From Macrostomum lignano (Eukaryota), in NCBI GenBank assembly GCA_002269645.1, contig NIVC01001186.1:123293-187292 (forward strand): a stretch of 64,000 nt of DNA. The letters are read 5' to 3'. The translations under genes were made by a program, and so were the position numbers. Under the pieces are notes generated by a model. It was not told where the DNA came from. It made no database searches and worked only from the letters and a program-made list of their open reading frames with translations. Shown piece by piece: positions 60,671 through 64,000 of this stretch; position 1 is the stretch's first letter, and each line of letters begins with the position of its first letter.

Positions 60671-61587
60671 AATCCTTTACAAGTAGTTTATTCTTCATTC
60701 TCTCTTTCAACCTTAAATCATCGATTTAGGAGCTCAATAGAAAAATATTTTTATTTGTCCTTTTTACGTTCAAAATATTGCTTTCTATAAATACCTTAAG
60801 AACCTAAGGTAGCTTGTCTCATTCATTACTGTTTTTAATTAAACTACACTATTGTGTTTATTCAACCTCGTTATACGAGTGCAGTATCGACTACTCATGA
60901 GTAGTTTTTTCGGTGTTATATTTTTTGTCGCTTTGTTTTTATAATCTGGCGTGTGTGCAATAAAAACAGTAATTTTGTTTTTTTGTAAACGATCTCTACT
61001 AGTAAATTAACCATTTTACTGATTATATTATTGTTTTCATGTCATTGATAACCCTTACCGACCTATTTTTAAATCCAGCTTTTTGGTTGGTCCATTTTGC
61101 TTGTATTATTAAACTTTGTCGTAATGGCTGTTTGACATTTATTGAATTAGTCTACGATATATATTAACGTATATATAAGATATTTACTAGTTATACATTA
61201 TACTTTTTCGAAAAAAATCGAAAAAGCAGAACAAAGATTTTTCTTTGTGTTTTTGTAAAAATTGAACATTATTATTTTTGGTTTTAATAGATTTAGTAAA
61301 TCAAAATGGGATCTCACAAGTAGTACAAAAAGTGATAAATGCGTGGGATGTAGAGATGGGATTAACATAGCGATGGGATAGGATAGAAGATCTAGGATAA
61401 GCATAGAAGATATAGGAGATATAGGATAGAATAGAATATATATGATGAGAATAGAAGCTATAGTATAGATTAGAAGAGATAGGATAGAGATAGAAGATAT
61501 AGACTAGGGATACAATATGCACAGAGATAGGATAGATATATTATAGTTAATATCGCACCAATCCCCGTTGCTTGCATGTTGCTAGCC

Positions 61588-62187
61588 ATGTCTTCAACAT
61601 CCGGCGATTCGTCCGCTATACCCGCCCCGGTGAAATGGGCCCAGCGCAACGACAAGCTGTACTTGACAATCTGCTTGGAGGATGTGCAGAACAAGCAGTT
61701 GGATCTCACTAGCAACCGGCTGACCTTCACCGGGGTTGGCGGCACCGACCGCAAGCCGCACTCCACTGTCATTGACTTCTACGCCGAAGTGAACCCCGAC
61801 GAGAGTCTGCAGATGGCCAACGATCGCGAGATAGTGATGAGCATTCGCAAGAAGGAGCCCGGCCCTTATTGGCCCCGCCTGACTGCCGACAAGGTCAAAC
61901 GGCACTGGATCAAAACTGATTTCAATCGCTGGGTTGATGAAGACGAAGGACCTGGCGGAGATGAGGATGGCGGCGGTTTCGGCGCTAACGACAACCAACT
62001 CGAGTCGATGTTGGCCCAGATGGGCGGCGGTTTCGGCGGGGCCGGCGGCGGCGCCGGCGGAATGGACTTTTTGAAAGGCGACGAAGAGGACTTTGATTTA
62101 GGCGACGGCGAAGGTCTGGAGGCTGACGGACCGGATGGGAATGGAAAGAAAGACGGCGAGGATGAGGAGATTCCGCCACTGGAGTGA
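61588..62187 (+). CDS. PTGES3: p23 Hsp90 co-chaperone (prostaglandin E synthase 3 homolog), intronless; alternative ATG at 61576
   Basis: PAPVKWAQR..LYLTI, WPRLTADK...WIKTDFNRWVDEDE, acidic Gly-rich tail. Confidence 0.93.
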   Translation: MSSTSGDSSAIPAPVKWAQRNDKLYLTICLEDVQNKQLDLTSNRLTFTGVGGTDRKPHSTVIDFYAEVNPDESLQMANDREIVMSIRKKEPGPYWPRLTADKVKRHWIKTDFNRWVDEDEGPGGDEDGGGFGANDNQLESMLAQMGGGFGGAGGGAGGMDFLKGDEEDFDLGDGEGLEADGPDGNGKKDGEDEEIPPLE

Positions 62188-62309
62188 ATCGCTGCCAACA
62201 AGCTGTTGCTATAGCTTTGGAAACGAAAATTGCATTCGATTTAATCAGCATTCGGCATTCAATCAAAGACTGTTGTTCTACTATATATACTTGCTGGGGA
62301 AAAGGGGAT

Positions 62310-62900
62310 TAATTTGGATAATCTGCTACCTGATGGGATTGATTAGGATAATCCGCTACTTGATGGGAATTAATTAGGATAATCAGCTACCTGATGGGAT
62401 TAATTAGGATAATCAGCTACCTGATGGGGATTAATTAGGATAATCAGCTACCTGATTGGGATTAATTAGGATAATCAGCTACCTGATAGGATTAATTAGG
62501 ATAATCAGCTACCTGATGGGGATTAATTAGGATAATCAGCTACCCGATGGGGATTAATTAGGATAATCAGCTACCTGATGGGGATTAATTAGGATAATCA
62601 GCTACCTGATGGGGATTAATTAGGATAATCAGCTACCTGATAGGATTAATTAGAATAATCCGCTACCTGATGGGGATTAATTAGGATAATCAGCTACCTG
62701 ATGGGATTAATTAAGATAATCCGCTACCTGATGGGATTAATTAGGATAATCCGCTACCTGATGGCGATTATTTAGGATATCCGCTACCTGACAGGATTAA
62801 ATAGGATAAACTCCTACCTGATGGGGATTAATTAGGATAATCGGCTACTTGATGGGGATTAATTAGGATAATCCGCTACCTGATGGCGTTTATTTAGGAT
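62310..62900. repeat. 31/32-bp minisatellite (GGGATTAATTAGGATAATCAGCTACCTGATG)
   Basis: Direct reading. Confidence 0.95.
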
Positions 62901-63399
62901 AATCTAAAAATAAGTTGTCTCCTTTGACGTTCCATTGCAGTAGTGCGGAGAGATTATCTGTGTAAGTTCCTCTTGTTTAAATTTTATCAGTTTTCAACAC
63001 ACGTAGGCAACCCCCTAAGTAATTCAAACCAGTATAATTATATATTCATCAAAATTCTATATATATATAACTTAGTGTTTCCCAACTACTAAAGCCGGTT
63101 ATTTAAGTTTTCAATTTATTTCTTATAGTATAAAACTTGCAATATAAGTTTTCTACTATTTGCTACTAATTATTAGTATTGTTTTCTCTTGGTTTTGTAC
63201 CGCTTACAGCCCATCACACAGCTTTTTGTCTGCTTGATGTTCTTGTCAGTTTTAATTAAATATTATTAATATATAATTAATACATGATTTGTTCAGCTTT
63301 TTAATTTAGCCAGAGCTTCAATATGCGGTCATATTTGAGTTTCTGGCTTTTGAGCTGACTTAGTGTTGAAGTTTTTGTCTTGTATGTGTTATTTGCGCT

Positions 63400-64000
63400 A
63401 GATAGAGTGAGATACCAGCCTGTAGAATAGGTGAGATACCAGACTGCATACTATAGACTTGGTGACTATACGATTATAGTGAGTAAGATACCAGCCTGCA
63501 TAGAGTGGGCGAGATACCAGCCTGCATAGAGTGGGCGAGATACCAGCCTGCATAGAGTGGGCGAGATACCAGCCTGTAGAGTGGGTGAGATACCTGCCTG
63601 TAGAGTGGGCGAGATACCAGCCTGTAGAGTGGGCGAGATACCAGCCTGTAGAGTGAGTGGGATACCAGCCTGCATAGAGTGGGTGAGATACCAGCCTGTA
63701 GAGTGAGTGAGATACCAGCCTGTAGAGTGGGCGAGATACCAGCCTGTAGAGTAAGTGGGATACCAGCCTGCATAGAGTTGGTGAGATACCAGCATGTAGA
63801 GTGGGTGAGATACCAGCCTGCATAGAGTGGGTGAGATACCAGCATGTAGAGTGGGTTAGGTACCAGCATGTAGAGTGGGTTAGATACCAGCCTGTAGAGT
63901 GAGTGAGATACCAGTCTATATAGAGTGAGTGAGATACCAGCCTGTATAGAGTGAGTGAGATACCAGCCTGCAAAGTGGATGAGATACCAGCCTGCATAGA
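63400..64000. repeat. 24/26-bp minisatellite (GAGATACCAGCCTG[CA]TAGAGTGGG[C/T]), runs off the window
   Basis: Direct reading. Confidence 0.95.

Overview
Metazoan (invertebrate-type) nuclear DNA with spliceosomal introns; the species cannot be determined from the sequence. Six host genes can be reconstructed by hand: two tandem paralogs of a secreted F-type lectin + PAN/apple protein (minus, 4577-9203 and 38226-44021), a divergent TRPV-like channel (minus, 16634-18654), an otopetrin (28661-30818), WDR92/DNAAF10 (55061-56748) and p23/PTGES3 (61588-62187). The rest is dense with mobile elements and about 25 different mini/microsatellite arrays, which account for most of the long ORFs in the track. 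Most notable: (1) a ~14.8 kb Polinton/Maverick-derived unit (13268-28046) inserted into a 21-bp minisatellite, whose centre holds the intact intron-containing TRPV-like gene; (2) an apparently intact Crypton tyrosine recombinase with definable ends, nested in an internally deleted P-superfamily element inside a lectin intron; (3) two minimal Penelope-type hammerhead ribozymes with a compensatory stem change, each followed by a (CT)n tract; (4) a near-intact hAT transposon whose transposase C-terminus was rewritten by a MITE; (5) a sharply bounded CpG-depleted domain (~46-55 kb). All family assignments come from motif recognition, without database searches, and boundaries were counted by hand.
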